Below the pieces are notes generated by a model. The model worked only from the letters and a program-made list of their open reading frames with translations. It did not search any database and was not told the origin of the DNA. A stretch of 64,000 nt of DNA, from positions 101,361 to 165,360 of the forward strand of contig JAUCBJ010001416.1 in the NCBI GenBank assembly GCA_032718475.1. The letters are read 5' to 3'. Origin of the DNA: Nemertoderma westbladi (lineage: Eukaryota > Animalia > Xenacoelomorpha). The position numbers and the translations under genes are program-made. Shown one piece after another: positions 33,894 through 46,670 of the stretch. Within the stretch, counting starts at the first letter, position 1; each line of letters starts with the position of its first letter.

Positions 33894-34334
33894 CAGTCAG
33901 GGAGATCATCAAATTTGAGAATACCTCAAATTTCAAATTATAGACCCAATTTTGGAATTACCTCAAATTTAATACAAGGTTAGGTTAATTCTCTAAATTT
34001 GAGTTATACCCCAAATTTGAATTTCATAGCAGCATAGTCAGATACAGACAGAAGTCATAGTTGCCCTAGTTCAGTAGTTGTTAGCTTGTTACTGTATTGC
34101 AAAGGTAAAAAAATAAACTGATGTAGGCCTAGGGTAGTGTCTGAGTGTTGTGAAATATAATATTTAAGTAGAAATTGCTCCAATAGTTTCCCTAAGTCGC
34201 AGCAACACTCGATATTATGAGCCGGTATATTATTATTAATACCTCAAATTTGAACAAAAAACCCCAATTTTCGACAGTCTATTACCAGAATTCGAAATTT
34301 GGGGTAACCCCAAAATTGATGATCTCCCTGACTG
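33894..34334. mobile_element. CAGT-ended MITE F
   Basis: 19-bp perfect TIR CAGTCAGGGAGATCATCAA; 5-bp TSD ACAGA (33889-33893, 34335-34339). Confidence 0.88.
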
Positions 34335-34431
34335 ACAGAGGCTGACCCTGGCTGGTTCTGGTTGTGGTTCCTTGCCTGCCTCCTTGCTGCCTGGCGCTGG
34401 CACCTCACCTGGCAGCCTGGTGCCTGGCAGT

Positions 34432-35226
34432 TAGGGTTCGACCGGAGCTCCGGCTCCGGCTCCGGCTCCGGCCGGACTTGGCATGTCCGGCTCCGGTCCG
34501 GCTCCGGTCAAATTAGGTGCAGGAGCTCCGGCAAAAAGTATTTGTGCTGCACGATGCATAGCTACATGGATAGGCAAGGCAAACATACAGCCAGACACCG
34601 GACGTCCGTCTGCGAACTGATTAACGTCTACTGGCAGACTGTACTGCCGACTGTATTATGGTATGGCCGTAGGCTAAACACTGTAGGCCTATCTGCCTAT
34701 TGCTGTTGCATTGTCCTGTTGTCTGACTGTCTTTCGCTGTACAGCTGTAGGCCTATGAGTCTGACAGTCTTCCACTTACCCAAGACTACAAGACCTAACT
34801 TTAATTGCTACCAGTACTCCAGTAACAGAATTAGTTCCATTCCAATCCAGTCTGCCAGTTAGCTAGTACATCGCCAGGCTGTCCAGCTGTCAGGCAGTAC
34901 CCGAATGACCGTATACAGGTATATATAATATAGATTATATTATATCAGTAGGCCTATACACTGATACAGGTATAGGTCTGTCAGTCTGTAGATCTATGCT
35001 ATTACTACCGTACTAGATAGATATCCGTTAATTGATTATGTAAAGCAGTAAAGAGACCCCCCCCCCCCCCCCCCCTGAGCTATCTGCAAAGTTAATTACG
35101 GCAAACTCAAGGCAAAATAACAAACAATGTTGCTCCGGTCCGGCTCCGGCCCCGGCTCCGGCACTTTTAGGTTGCTCCGGTCCGGTACCCGGCTCCGGCA
35201 AAAAAAATTGCTCCGGTCGAACCCTA
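34432..35226. mobile_element. hAT MITE with GGCTCC subterminal repeats
   Basis: TIR TAGGGTTCGACCGGAGC; 8-bp TSD CTGGCAGT (34424-34431, 35227-35234). Confidence 0.92.
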
Positions 35227-36194
35227 CTGGCAGTTAGGTACAATGGCCAAATCTGGCAATGATTGTGATTGCCATATTTGGCAACCAACAGTCACTGATC
35301 TATGCCAAAATTGGCATTTTTCAAAATTGGAAGTTTTCATGCCAAAATTGGAATTTTTGACATATTTTATGTCCAGGGTCAGCCAATATTGGCTGGGGTT
35401 AACTAAATTTTGCAAAAAATTATATTTTAATGCATTTAGAAACTTTTGACCGAGATAAAAAAAAATTCACCATGCTTTTGGTTTTTTATGATTAAAATTT
35501 TGATACTGTATCCTCTAGTTCCAAAATTGGAAGTTTTTGACCTGCCATTTTTGGCATTTTTTATTCTGATATAGGAAGAGCAGCTGCAGAATGACACGTT
35601 CGTGGGGCCTTCGCGCAGCACGAGGCCCAGTTATTAGATACAAATTAAAATTGAGCGACTGTATCACAAAATCAGGTTTTGAGAAATTTACCCACACCAC
35701 CAGTTGGTGATATAGGCGATTTTGGACTTGATCCAATTTTGGAACTTGCTAAGTCAAAATTGGACTTCCATTCCAATATCGGAATTAATTTTGATATGAA
35801 TTACAGTGAATTTTCCACGGCCTACAATTTTTTCAGACGGGATCTGAAATTTAACCTACATGTTCTTTACTACAAAATAAGAGTTTTAACCGTGCACGAG
35901 AAAATTTCACGGTGCACCACAAAGACAACCGACATTTAAAGTTTTGCGCATCCAATTTTGGACTTTAGGTCCAATTTTGTCTTTCCATCAGCACTATACT
36001 ACTGTACTACACTGTACGTACAGTACACTGCAGTAAAATGGCAGAATGGGTAGCGTATTGTTTCTATTGAACAGCACATAGCAGCACTTTAAGTCCACAG
36101 TTGTCTTTCTGAATGAAATTTATCTTATTTACTCCAGCACTCTATTTTGTTTCACTTTGTCAATGTACACACATAAATAGATTTTAAAAACTAG

Positions 36195-37532
36195 AACTGT
36201 AACAATCTGTTGAAATGATTAAGATACCTTCCATGTCCTTCACGCAATATGTGAGATACTGAAACAATCCATTGAAACGTTTAAGATACCTTCATGCAGC
36301 ATGTGGGACACTGTAACAATCTGTTGAAACGTTTAAGAGACCTTCATGCAGCACATGCGATACTGTAACATTGTGTAACAATCTGATGAAACGTTTGAGA
36401 GACCTTCGCGCAGTATGTGAAATACTGAAACAATATGTTAAAACGTTTGAGACCTTCTCACAGCATGTGGAGAACTGTAACAATCTGTTGAAAAGTTTAA
36501 GAGACCTTCGCGCAGCACGTGGCGTACTCAAACATTGTGTAACAAACTGTTGAAACGTTTAAGAGACATTCACGGAGCACGTGGCTTGCTGTAACATTGT
36601 AACAATCTGTTGGAACGTTTAAGAGACCTTCGCGCAGCATGTGGAGAACTGTAACAATCTGTTGAAAAGTTTAAGAGACCTTCGCTCAGAATGTGGCGTA
36701 CTGTAACATTGTGTAACAAGCTGTTCAAATGTTTAAGAGACCTTCGCGCAGCACGTGGCTTACTGTAACAATGTGTAACAATCTGTTGAAACGTTTGAGA
36801 GACCTTCGCGCAGCACGTGGCGCACTGTAACATTGTGTAACAAGCTGTTCAAATGTTTAAGAGACCTTCGCGCAGCACGTGGCGCACTGTAACATTGTGT
36901 AACAATCTGTTCAAATGTTTAAGAGACCTTCGCGCAGCACGTGGCGCACTGTAATATTGTGTAACAAGCTGTTGAAACGTTTAAGAGACCTTCGCGCAGC
37001 ACATGGCTTACTGTAACATTGTGTAATAATATGTTGAAACTTTTGGGAGACCTTCGCGCAGCACGTGGCGCACTGTAACATTGTGTAACAAGCTGTTCAA
37101 ATGTTTAAGAGACCTTCAAACAGCACGTGGCTTACTGTAACATTGTGTAACAATCTGTTGAAACATTTGAGAGACCTTCGCGCAGCACGTGGCGCACTGT
37201 AACATTGTGTACAAAGCTGTTCAAATGTTTAAGAGACCTTCGCGCAGCACGTGGTGCTCTGTAACATTGTGTAACAATCTGTTCAAATGTTTAAGAGACC
37301 TTCGCGCAGCACGTGGCGCACTGTAAGATTGTGTAACAAGCTGTTGAAACGTTTAAGAGACCTTCGCGCAGCACGTGGCGTACTCCAACATTGTGTAACA
37401 AACTGTTGAAACGTTTAAGATACCTTCGTGTTCGCGCAGTATCTGAGATACTGAAACAATCTGTTGAAACGGTTCAAAGGCCTTCGCGCAGCGCATGAGA
37501 CACTAAAACAATATATTGAAACGATTAAGAGG
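36195..37532. repeat. 62-bp minisatellite with ~50-bp variants
   Basis: Unit GTAACATTGTGTAACAATCTGTTGAAACGTTTAAGAGACCTTCGCGCAGCACGTGGCGCACT; period from 36741/36803/36865; more degenerate at both edges. Confidence 0.95.
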
Positions 37533-37589
37533 TCTATTTATTTTCCATCATAGCTAACCCTAACACCCCAATTCATGATATTGACTGAT

Positions 37590-37892
37590 TGAATGGGATA
37601 ATCTTTTTAGGCTCATTAAGCCAAGGAATGCCTGTTCACCACCACGGATGATATTCTATAGTAAACCTCTTCCATTATGTTTTCGAAGGTTGCCTTTGTT
37701 CCCATTTATCAACCACACACAAGGATGAAAGCTAGGGTTGGTCTAGGCTGAAGCATTTAAAGCACTGTGAAGCTGTGCTCAAACAGTACTGCTCCCGTGC
37801 ACCATGCCCAGGCTGGCGTGCCCCACCTAGGGATCGAAACAGGGCTTCCTAATTGGAAGCCCAGGAATGTCACCAATAGACCAAGCTGTTGC
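37590..37892 (-). mobile_element. tRNA-derived SINE with a Meta-domain-like core
   Basis: Minus strand: A box TGGTCTATTGG, B box GTTTCGATCCC, then CTTTCATCCTTGTGTGTGGTTGATAAATGGG, resembling the MetaSINE core (recalled, not searched); homologous to 53560-55282. Confidence 0.7.
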
Positions 37893-38385
37893 TTGGTCTA
37901 GGGTCTAGCTGCAGCTGTGCTTCTAGCGTAGAACTGTGCTGAAAAGGGTACAGCTCTAGTCATGCCTGCATGCCCATATAGCCATATGGTCGGACCCCTG
38001 TACCTTGTTACTAGTGTTACAGCAGTCATCCTCCATAGCATCTCTGCAAACAAAGTCCAATTTTGGAATGTATGAATACATTTCTGCAAAAGCATGGTAG
38101 GAATAATGAATTTGGCACAAAAATCATATATTTATTGAAAAATGATAGAATTTATGATGGAAATATACTTACTGGACTTTAGAATATTTTTTTTTAATTT
38201 AGAAAAGTCCAATTTTGGAGTGTATTCCGATTTCGGAATCTACCCTCGCACAAAGTTCCAAAATTGGAATAAGTCCAAAATCGCCTATATCACCGACTGA
38301 CCACCAATCAATCAAAGAAAGGCGGACAGTACGTGTTCACCCCTTTTAATCCCCCCCCCCCCCCCCACCCTTCCCAACCACCAAT

Positions 38386-40473
38386 CAGTAGGGAACACAT
38401 GCCCGAATTGGCAGCACAGGCGCACTGCCATTTTTGAAAAATGCACTGCCATATTAGGCAGTTTTACCCTAAATTTCGGATAAAATGTGAATTTTTATCA
38501 ACTTCCTGCTGTAAGGGCCCCATTTTTATTTCATTGGATGAAAATATGATATATATTGGAGGTAAATACAAAATGTAGTAAGAGTTTCATGGTTGGGTTT
38601 TGGAGATATTTGACATTGAAAATTGCAAGTCAAAAACACGCACTGCCTAAAATGGCAGTTATGGTATTGAATTAATTCCTTCTGTCTGACTGTACGGTAC
38701 TGTTGTAGGAGAGCTGAAGAGCCTGGCAATGCCAGGCATCCTTCAGTCCTTCAGAGTTTATCTATCTCTGTCTGTGCTGTATCTGCTAAACAGCCTATCT
38801 ATCTACAGTATATAAGACTATCCTTTTGAAAGCAATTTATATATTTTATTTTTGTTAGTTATTCAGTTAACTGGTTAGCAATTTATACAGTCACTGACAG
38901 GTAATTTATTAATATATTTATTATACTGTATAAAATATTAATATATATGTGGCCATTATAACAATATGTATTATAGGCCTATAGTGCTATAGTTTGTTAA
39001 TATTAAAAGTTATGGTTCGCTAATGATAAAATTTATGTTTATTGACTGATTGATATGGCTGTATGGTAACTGATAATTTAATGATAGTAAATATTTAGTA
39101 ATAAAATCACTAGGCCTAATATATATCATATTTAAAAATGTCATATCTTTAAGGGGTCTGTACAGAAATTTACCTCCCCTTGATAAATTTATTGTTTAAT
39201 AATTTATGGATGTAGAAAGAAATTTCTTATAAGGCACTGTTTAAGGATTAACTGATAAGGCATTATTTGTTAACAAAATACAAATTACTGTATAAGAAGT
39301 CACCATCAGATCATTAGTAAGAAATAATTAAATCCAATTTAGATACTAAAAAATAGTCTATATTTAGATTTACATGTTCACACACAAAATTTATATAATA
39401 ATCTAGTATTTTGATACAGTATGACTTACCGGCTGACCAGTAATCTAAAATTGATATAAATCAATTAATTGTAAATTGATACAGTATTATGTTGGTTTTA
39501 CAGTAGATGGAAAACGTAAAATATAGATAGAGTGAGCAATGAGTAAAACCAACATAAATATAAAATAATAATAAAGATAATATATTCTAACAAACACATG
39601 TTGCAACAGTATATTTTTTCAAAGCAAAATTTGATACTAATGTTTTTGTGTACAAGTACAATAGGCTGGCTGTGAGTGGCTGGATAGGTTAAAACGTTAA
39701 TAGTAAAACATGTAGAGTAAAACAAACAAGTAAAACAAACATAATACTGAATATCTACAATATAAAAATATTACAAATTAAAAATTAAAATTAACAAGCT
39801 AATATTGCGATAGTATAAATTAAGCTAAAACTGAGATGAGCGTTTATGTTTATAATAGGCTAGGCAATAGGAGTACGTAGATTAAAACACATACAAAGTC
39901 ATACATTCGACAATAGTAACGGATATAGAGATTGCAATACAAACCAACATACAATATACAGATATAATATTTACAAATTCAGGAGAAAAATGATCGGGTC
40001 TTTCTTTTTCCAACTTTCCCAGTCTACTGGTGTTTCAAACTGTGAAAAATTGATTTATAAAATCTGTTGAATATTGGTTATTTATATATATATTGTTTCC
40101 ATCAGAATTGCTGAATTCTACGTAATGCTGAATGCATTTTCTGATTTTGCACTGCCATTTTAAGCATTGCACTGCTAGTTCAAACAGTATGCTGCTATAT
40201 TAAGCAGAACACTGCTATTTTGGGCAGTGCATGCTTTTGACTAGCAATTTTCAAAGCCTGATGTCTCTAAAACCCAACTGTGAAAGTCTACCAAATTTTC
40301 TATTTACCTTGCAATACATATTATATTTTCATCCCATGAAATAAAAAAGGGGCCCTTCGACCAGGAAGTTAATAAAAATTGACATTTTATCAGAAATTTA
40401 GGCTAAAACTGCCTAATATGGCAGTGCATTTTGCAAAGTCTGCACTGCCTGTTTGGGCATGTGTTCCCTACTG
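38386..40473. mobile_element. CAGT-ended element D (inside B) with ~270-bp TIRs
   Basis: TIR starts CAGTAGGGAACACATGCCC; ~38386-38660 inverted at ~40210-40473; TSD CCAAT (38381-38385, 40474-40478); very AT-rich non-coding interior. Confidence 0.9.
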
Positions 40474-40549
40474 CCAATACATAACCGGGACATCTACCAC
40501 CCACGGAAGGGTAGCACGAACTTATTTCCAATCGCACGTTAAATATGCA

Positions 40550-40850
40550 AAGCCAGGTGGTTTATAGGAATATAATAAACGCAGTACTCGTTTTCATTAT
40601 AAGCCTCTTTGCGTTCGTCCTGTTTTGTATTTAAATATATTTCTTAAACGCAGGCTAGGACGATCTTTATAATAATAATAACTAGGGATGCGATCAATAT
40701 GTGAAGCCAGCCAGGTGGTTTATATAACAATTTAGTCAACGCAGTACTCGTCTTCATTATATGCCTCGTTGCGCTCGTCGCTTGTCCTGTTTTGTCATAA
40801 AATATTTTTCCTAAACGCAGACTGACGAAGTCTTTATACAGTTATAACTA
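40550..40850. repeat. Dimeric dispersed repeat (ACGCAGTACTCGT...GCCTCGTTGCGCTCGTC)
   Basis: Two copies here and two more at ~47388-47590. Confidence 0.6.
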
Positions 40851-41689
40851 TGCGAAGTTTCGAAACTGTGCGAGTAACTGTTGATACATCTATGTGGAGA
40901 TGTGTGATATGTGGAGATGTGTGATACAACGCCAACACATCTTATGCCGATGTAGTAATATGGGTATTGAAATAATATTAAATCAATGTACACTCTTAAA
41001 GCTGCAGCGAAAAAATGTAGCTAATTTCCTAGGTTACATATAAAATAATAATATTATTTTTAAGAACATTAATTTTACTACTTTGCAAAAATTCAATTAA
41101 AAAATAACCAGACATATACATTGTGGAATAAACTATTTCAGAAGCCTACACAACAGCCATGCCATGGATTGTATTTATGTTATTATATCTGTCATTTACC
41201 TGAGATAGCAATACAACACTTATAGTAGAGTCAATACAGGAAGGATGTTGGATTTAAAGAATGATGTCTGGGCTGGAATAGCAATACTGGTTGCCTATTA
41301 CAGTACAATTCCTCTCTGGTTAGTCTACAGCCACAACTCCAAGCCAGCTAGCTCCACACCAGCAGAGACTTGACCAATAATCATTCCCAGCAAATAGCTG
41401 CCTTACACACACATCCTTCCATCGTACCAGCATGTTAGCCAATAAATGAGCAGTATTTAATGAGAATCAATTTTTTATGACGTTTTAATTACTTTAGATC
41501 AATTAAAGACACAATTAATAAAGCAAATCACTTGAACTAATTAAAAACTATAATAGAATGGTGTATGTGGATTACATCTGTATAATTTTTAAGTATAATT
41601 ATTTAAATCTTATACTGTAAAACAATTAATTTCCTTTAAAAGGCAGGTTGAAAATGGTGTTTTTACCGTAATCAACTTAATTAACTAAT

Positions 41690-41906
41690 TAACTGCTATT
41701 ATCTTAGCTTCTCGAAGGCCACACGGAAATTCTACTTGGAAAATTTCTAAACTTTTGCCAAACAACATGTGTACCAAGTTTGGATAGATTTCATCAAAGA
41801 TTGGCTGAGTTATTAACGTTTAAAATTGGACGCGACAGAACGACAGAACGACAGGTTGATTAATGGTACCACTACGCTAAGGCTCACTCACTTCGTGGCT
41901 CGCCCC
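41690..41906 (+). mobile_element. Possible Helentron/DINE-1-like non-autonomous fragment
   Basis: ACCAAGTTTGG..(CGACAGAA)n..terminal GC-rich hairpin-like block; similar (GTCT)n-containing pieces at ~24810-24900 and ~62540. Confidence 0.35.
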
Positions 41907-42444
41907 ACAGAGAGAGTGGTTGTAGTTGCTGAGTTGCAGGCATAGGCCCTATTACCAAACTTTTGTTGTAAATGTGTCAGTGTCATGCTGTGAAATGACA
42001 TTCTGACATTTGACATTCTAGCAGTCTACTAGTCTAGTGAGTTGCATGTGTGTGTATAGTCTACAGTGTACTTGTACTATTACAGTATTATCCAATATCC
42101 GAATACCTTAATGTTAACCTTGATATGATATCTTCTTAACTACCTAAGAAACGCCATGCAGCCATGGGCATGGGCCATACCCATACAACAAATGTAAGAT
42201 TTGATAACATTCTGGTTATCAATTTCAATACTTTGTCTCTGTTTGTGTTTCTATACATTCTGTCATTTTTTTAACATTTCGCTATCAGCATCACCCAGTC
42301 ACCTGCTTAGCTTGAAGAAGACTCTGTTCCAGTTGTTGTTGTTAACACTTCCAGACAGCTGGAGGCGGTCCTTCATTACCAGTGCCTTTTGTTTTATTAA
42401 ATGCCGACTTTGTGCCACACATCTACCTAGTCTAATGCATAAGT

Positions 42445-43255
42445 AACCGCTTTAGATCCTAGAGCACCTTGCTGCCTTAGATCCTGAACGAACTTAGATC
42501 TTGGGTGAACTTAGATCCTTCCCATTCGAATTTGATCCTTTCCAGGCAGGCGGGCGAACTTAGATCCTTCCCGTATGAATTTCGATCCTCAACATACGAA
42601 TTTAGATTCCACCTCTGCATATATTGCTGTACCACATAGCTGTGTTAATGTGAAAACGTCATCCCCATGCTGCCATAGGCCAGCAGACCTTACTGCCTTA
42701 CTGTAAATATTATCATGCTTGAAGGGAAGCGAACTTATAGACCCTACCACCATAATAATAATAAATAGGCCTAATATATTGCAACGAATTAGCTATTAAT
42801 TTGCAAAGTATAGTTTGTTGGTGAGTGAGTAACTAATCGCAACTACTCTGAGTGTATGACTTATTTGCATTAGATCATTATAAGTACTTTTATATGCTTA
42901 ATGTAACACAGTACAATACTATAATATCAATTGAACGCGGCCAACGTACTACATAAACATGACAGCATGATGTGGGATATAAGTTCGCTTCTCCTCTAGC
43001 GGTCTAGCTTGTGCTAAGGAATTTGTAGAAATTGGGATCTAAGTTCACCTAGTTAGGATCTAAGTTCACATAGCTGCCTAGTTCAGTAGTTAGGATCTAA
43101 GTTCCCCTGGACTGCCGGCGCTGGGTAGGATCTAAGTTCACCCAGATATAGGATCTATGTTCGCATATATACGGTAGGACCCAGGCTCACAAAGATCTAA
43201 GTTCCTCAAACTGTCAAAGTCAGGCCCTGCAGGATCTAAGTTCGTTTATGCCTAC
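42445..43255. mobile_element. Element with inverted arrays of GAACTTAGATCC
   Basis: GAACTTAGATCC repeats at 42450-42610 and GGATCTAAGTTC repeats at 43035-43243; TSD not resolved. Confidence 0.65.
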
Positions 43256-44958
43256 CGAAATATAATGCATTATAAAAAATTTGCATGAAAATAGATTAGT
43301 TCAAAATACATTATTAATCTAATAACTGGCTGACTGGTGCCTCTGCCTATCGGTACTACTTTCAATTTTGGAATTAATGCCGAAATTGGAATAAAAACTT
43401 CCATTTTTGAAAACTGCCAATTTTGGCATAGATCACTGACTGACCAAGCAAAATCTGGCAACATTTCTGATTGCCTGATTTGGCAACTATATAAAGCCGT
43501 TGTTGCCATATTTGGCAACTTAACTAACTCATTGAATGTGGATTATATGGTTCTGCGTCATTAAGTCCTTCTATGGCAGTATGGTCATTCCTTAGATCCT
43601 GAAATGTTAATGTTAGGCCTAGAAAAAAGGCAAAGGGGTAGGGCCAGGTTACAGGTTATACTTATACCAGTAGTGGCATATTCTAAGTTCTAACCAATAC
43701 AGCAACATATCCTAATAAATGAGGTGAGAATGAGAGTCAATAACACAAACACAGACTGACTGGTGATAGTTTTTTTGCTTTTTTTTTTGACATTTTTGCT
43801 AGTAATCTCTGGCGCTGCTTGGGGAGGCAGGGAGGTGGTTGATTGTTGTTTGTACCAATAATACATAATAGTTTAGTAGTTAAAGATTGTAACTGTGTAA
43901 TGCTGATACAATTGCCCAGCAATCTAAATCATCCTTCACTCTATATCAGTTCAGTATACTGGCTGACTGGTATCAGGGTATATCTATCTTTCCATTCCTA
44001 CATCAGTATTCAGTACATACAGACATATAATGAAAATAATTTCATCCCATTTTTCATTAGCTGATTAGGGCCTACTAGAAACAATTTGTTGAATCCCTTA
44101 ACCTGTTAACACGCGTTTTGGTTTTCTCAGTCTTTCTAAATTTTGACACTATTTTTCTTCCGTCACGCCGTTTCTCAAACTTTAATGCCCCCTTGCCTTC
44201 TTGCTGCCTTTTGGTGATGTTAACGTTCTGACGTTGTCAAATATTATTACGTTTATTTCCATTTCAGCCTTTGCAGCATGTGATTCTTTAGATTTGTTTA
44301 TGCCTATACCAGTCAGCCAGTCTACCAGTACGGTATCTGTTACAGACTCATCCATCTGTCCATTAACATATTATTAACAACATATCAAATAGGCCTACAT
44401 TCTGACATTTCATCAACTAATAATGTTTATAAATCATCACAACTCGACAAGGGTAAGCAAGCAGTAAGCAATTTTGAAGTAATTTACAATGACAGGGTTA
44501 CTGACAGGGCTGCACAATAATAATTGTTGCCAAAAATGGCAACCATTATTTTTCTTTAATTCTAATGGTTGCCAAAAATGGCAATAATTATTTTAGGCAC
44601 ATTTCGGCTTATTGCTAAGAGAAATTCAGACGATGATTTTTTTTCTTATACGGTCAATTATATTAAAATTTCGCGCTCTTTTCACTTAACTATTTACCAA
44701 AATGCGATTTTGCTTCTGGGCGTGCGAAAATTAGAAAAACCAAAAGTTGCCAGATTTGGCAATAAACATTGCCATATGTGGCAACTTTTGAGGTTGCCAG
44801 ATTTGGCCATTGTACCTAACTGCCTGGCGGGTCAGGTCAGACTCCAGGACTCAGACAGACTAAGGCGACAGACATACAGGAGCTGACAGCTACTGCCTGA
44901 CTGCTGTACTGAGCTACGGCAGTTGGCAGTACCAGAGTACGGTACAGTGGTAATACTG

Positions 44959-45409
44959 CAGTTAGGAACACTGGTCACTTTCTGGCTGAAGCTCAGCCAA
45001 AAATTGTCCACATATTTACAGCCAGAAAGTTTTTGTTTGTGCAGCCACTATTTGTCCTTCACAGGCTGCGATTATATTTCCGGACATATTTTGGTGTTTG
45101 GCTGTAACTCCACTAGTACCGGTACCGGCAGACCGGTACTCAAAGCAGAAGCTGGGCACATTTTTATTTTTAATAGGCCTATTATGATAGTTATCCCAAC
45201 GATGAGATTCTAATTCTCAAATTAATATATACAGAATTTTATGGCGATTCTAATGGCATAATTTTTAGAATGCCAATGTTAAAATTTCACTGCCGGTTTT
45301 CAAATGAAACTTAGCATTGTTTTCTATGGAGAAATTTCACTCTGAGAGCGTTTTCCGCGGACACATTCTGGCTGTAAATTGGACATATTGTGACCAGTGT
45401 TCCTGACTG
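44959..45409. mobile_element. CAGT-ended MITE E
   Basis: TIR CAGT[T/C]AGGAACACTGGTCAC; TSD TACTG (44954-44958, 45410-45414). Confidence 0.88.
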
Positions 45410-45602
45410 TACTGAATAGGAATACAGTCTGACAGTAATAAAAGTAAAAAATACACTACAGCAGACAGGCAGACAGCACTACTACACTACCAGACTACTG
45501 CACTAGTTTGTAGTTCTGGTCAGTCTGCTACAGTCTGACAGTTCCTGTACCGGTACCAGTAAGCAGGTAAGTACAGAAGTACCGTCAGACCGTACTGCAG
45601 AC

Positions 45603-46406
45603 TAGGGCTCGATCGGAGCTCCGGCCTCCGGCTCCGGCTCCGGCCATTTTGGCACCTCCGGCTCCTGCTCCGGCTCCGGTAAAAATATTGCCGGAGTTAA
45701 TTTTTTAATAAAGTATTATATTTCGTGCATATTCTAATCTGAACAATTATTTACACTAAGTACTGAAGTAAGTACTGTAGTACAGCTTCAATATCAAGCA
45801 TAATACCGGTACTGCAGTACTGCAGTATTACTTAAAGTCAATGACTGACTGACTGTACTGCAGTACTGGTACTGGCCAGCTGGCAGGCTGGCTGACTAGC
45901 AGACTATTACAGACAGACAGATAGGCCCTACTGTAAAAAATTGTAAATGCTATGAATGTACACTGTAGCTGTACCACTGCAGCCATTTACTGCTGTCATG
46001 CCATGCCAGCATACTGTACTGCAGTACTGGTACAAGTACGGTAGGTAGGCTACCTACAGTAACAGTACACACCTCTACCACAGTTCAGCAGTTAGTGAGT
46101 TAGGTACTGTAGGTAATATTTAGCCGTCAGCGTCAGGCCGTCTGTCCGTGATAACTTAATTAATTACCTGTACTTAAATTTTAAATTGAAAATTCGTAAA
46201 TCTATAAATTATGAAATTAATTAGACCTACAGTATGATTGATTATGAGCGATTGGCGAACGATAACCATACTTTATTTTTTTTAAATAAATAATTAAATT
46301 TTTACAATTTTTGAAAAACTCCGGCTCCTGCTCCGGCTCCGGCCAAATTGTCCAACTCCGGCTCCTGCTCCGGCTCCGGCCAAATCCAAACTCCGATCGA
46401 GCCCTA
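45603..46406. mobile_element. hAT MITE related to 34432-35226
   Basis: TIR TAGGGCTCGATCGGAG; 8-bp TSD CTGCAGAC (45595-45602, 46407-46414); GGCTCC repeats. Confidence 0.92.
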
Positions 46407-46670
46407 CTGCAGACTGCAGTATGTAGTGTACTGATGTATGTAGCCGGAGGGATGTAGGGATGTAGCCTACCTACAGCTACAGCATACAGTCTGACAGTAG
46501 GCCTACAACCGTACAAATGCAGAAATGGGGACTTGTTCATTGTTAGACTGTTATAGAGCAGTAGAGATACAGGCTGACAGGCTGATACTGGTTGCCGGAT
46601 GCCGGTAGGGCACCCTCGCCTGCTCGCTCCTGCTGTCCTGACTGGAATGTCAGTATGTACTGGTACCAAG

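Larger units (their letters stand above)
35701..38299. mobile_element. CAGT-ended element C (inside B)
   Basis: TIR CAGT[T/C]GGTGATATAGGCGATTTTGGACTT; TSD ACCAC (35696-35700, 38300-38304). Confidence 0.88.
35289..43442. mobile_element. CAGT-ended element B (inside A)
   Basis: TIR CAGTCA[C/G]TGATCTATGCCAAAATTGGCA..., ~50-70 bp imperfect; TSD ACCAA (35284-35288, 43443-43447). Confidence 0.88.
34428..44822. mobile_element. CAGT-ended element A (outermost of the nest; ~1.4 kb once inserts are removed)
   Basis: 29-bp perfect TIR CAGTTAGGTACAATGGCCAAATCTGGCAA (35231-35259 versus 44794-44822); TSD CCTGG at 34423-34427 and 44823-44827 after removing the hAT MITE that split the left end. Confidence 0.85.

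Noticed and set aside
36195-37532. CRISPR-like periodicity (also the 51-, 29- and 63-bp arrays)
   Set aside because: Units repeat end to end with no unique spacers, there are no cas genes, and the context is eukaryotic.
37820-37892. tRNA gene
   Set aside because: A and B boxes are present but the cloverleaf is degenerate and it continues into a SINE body.
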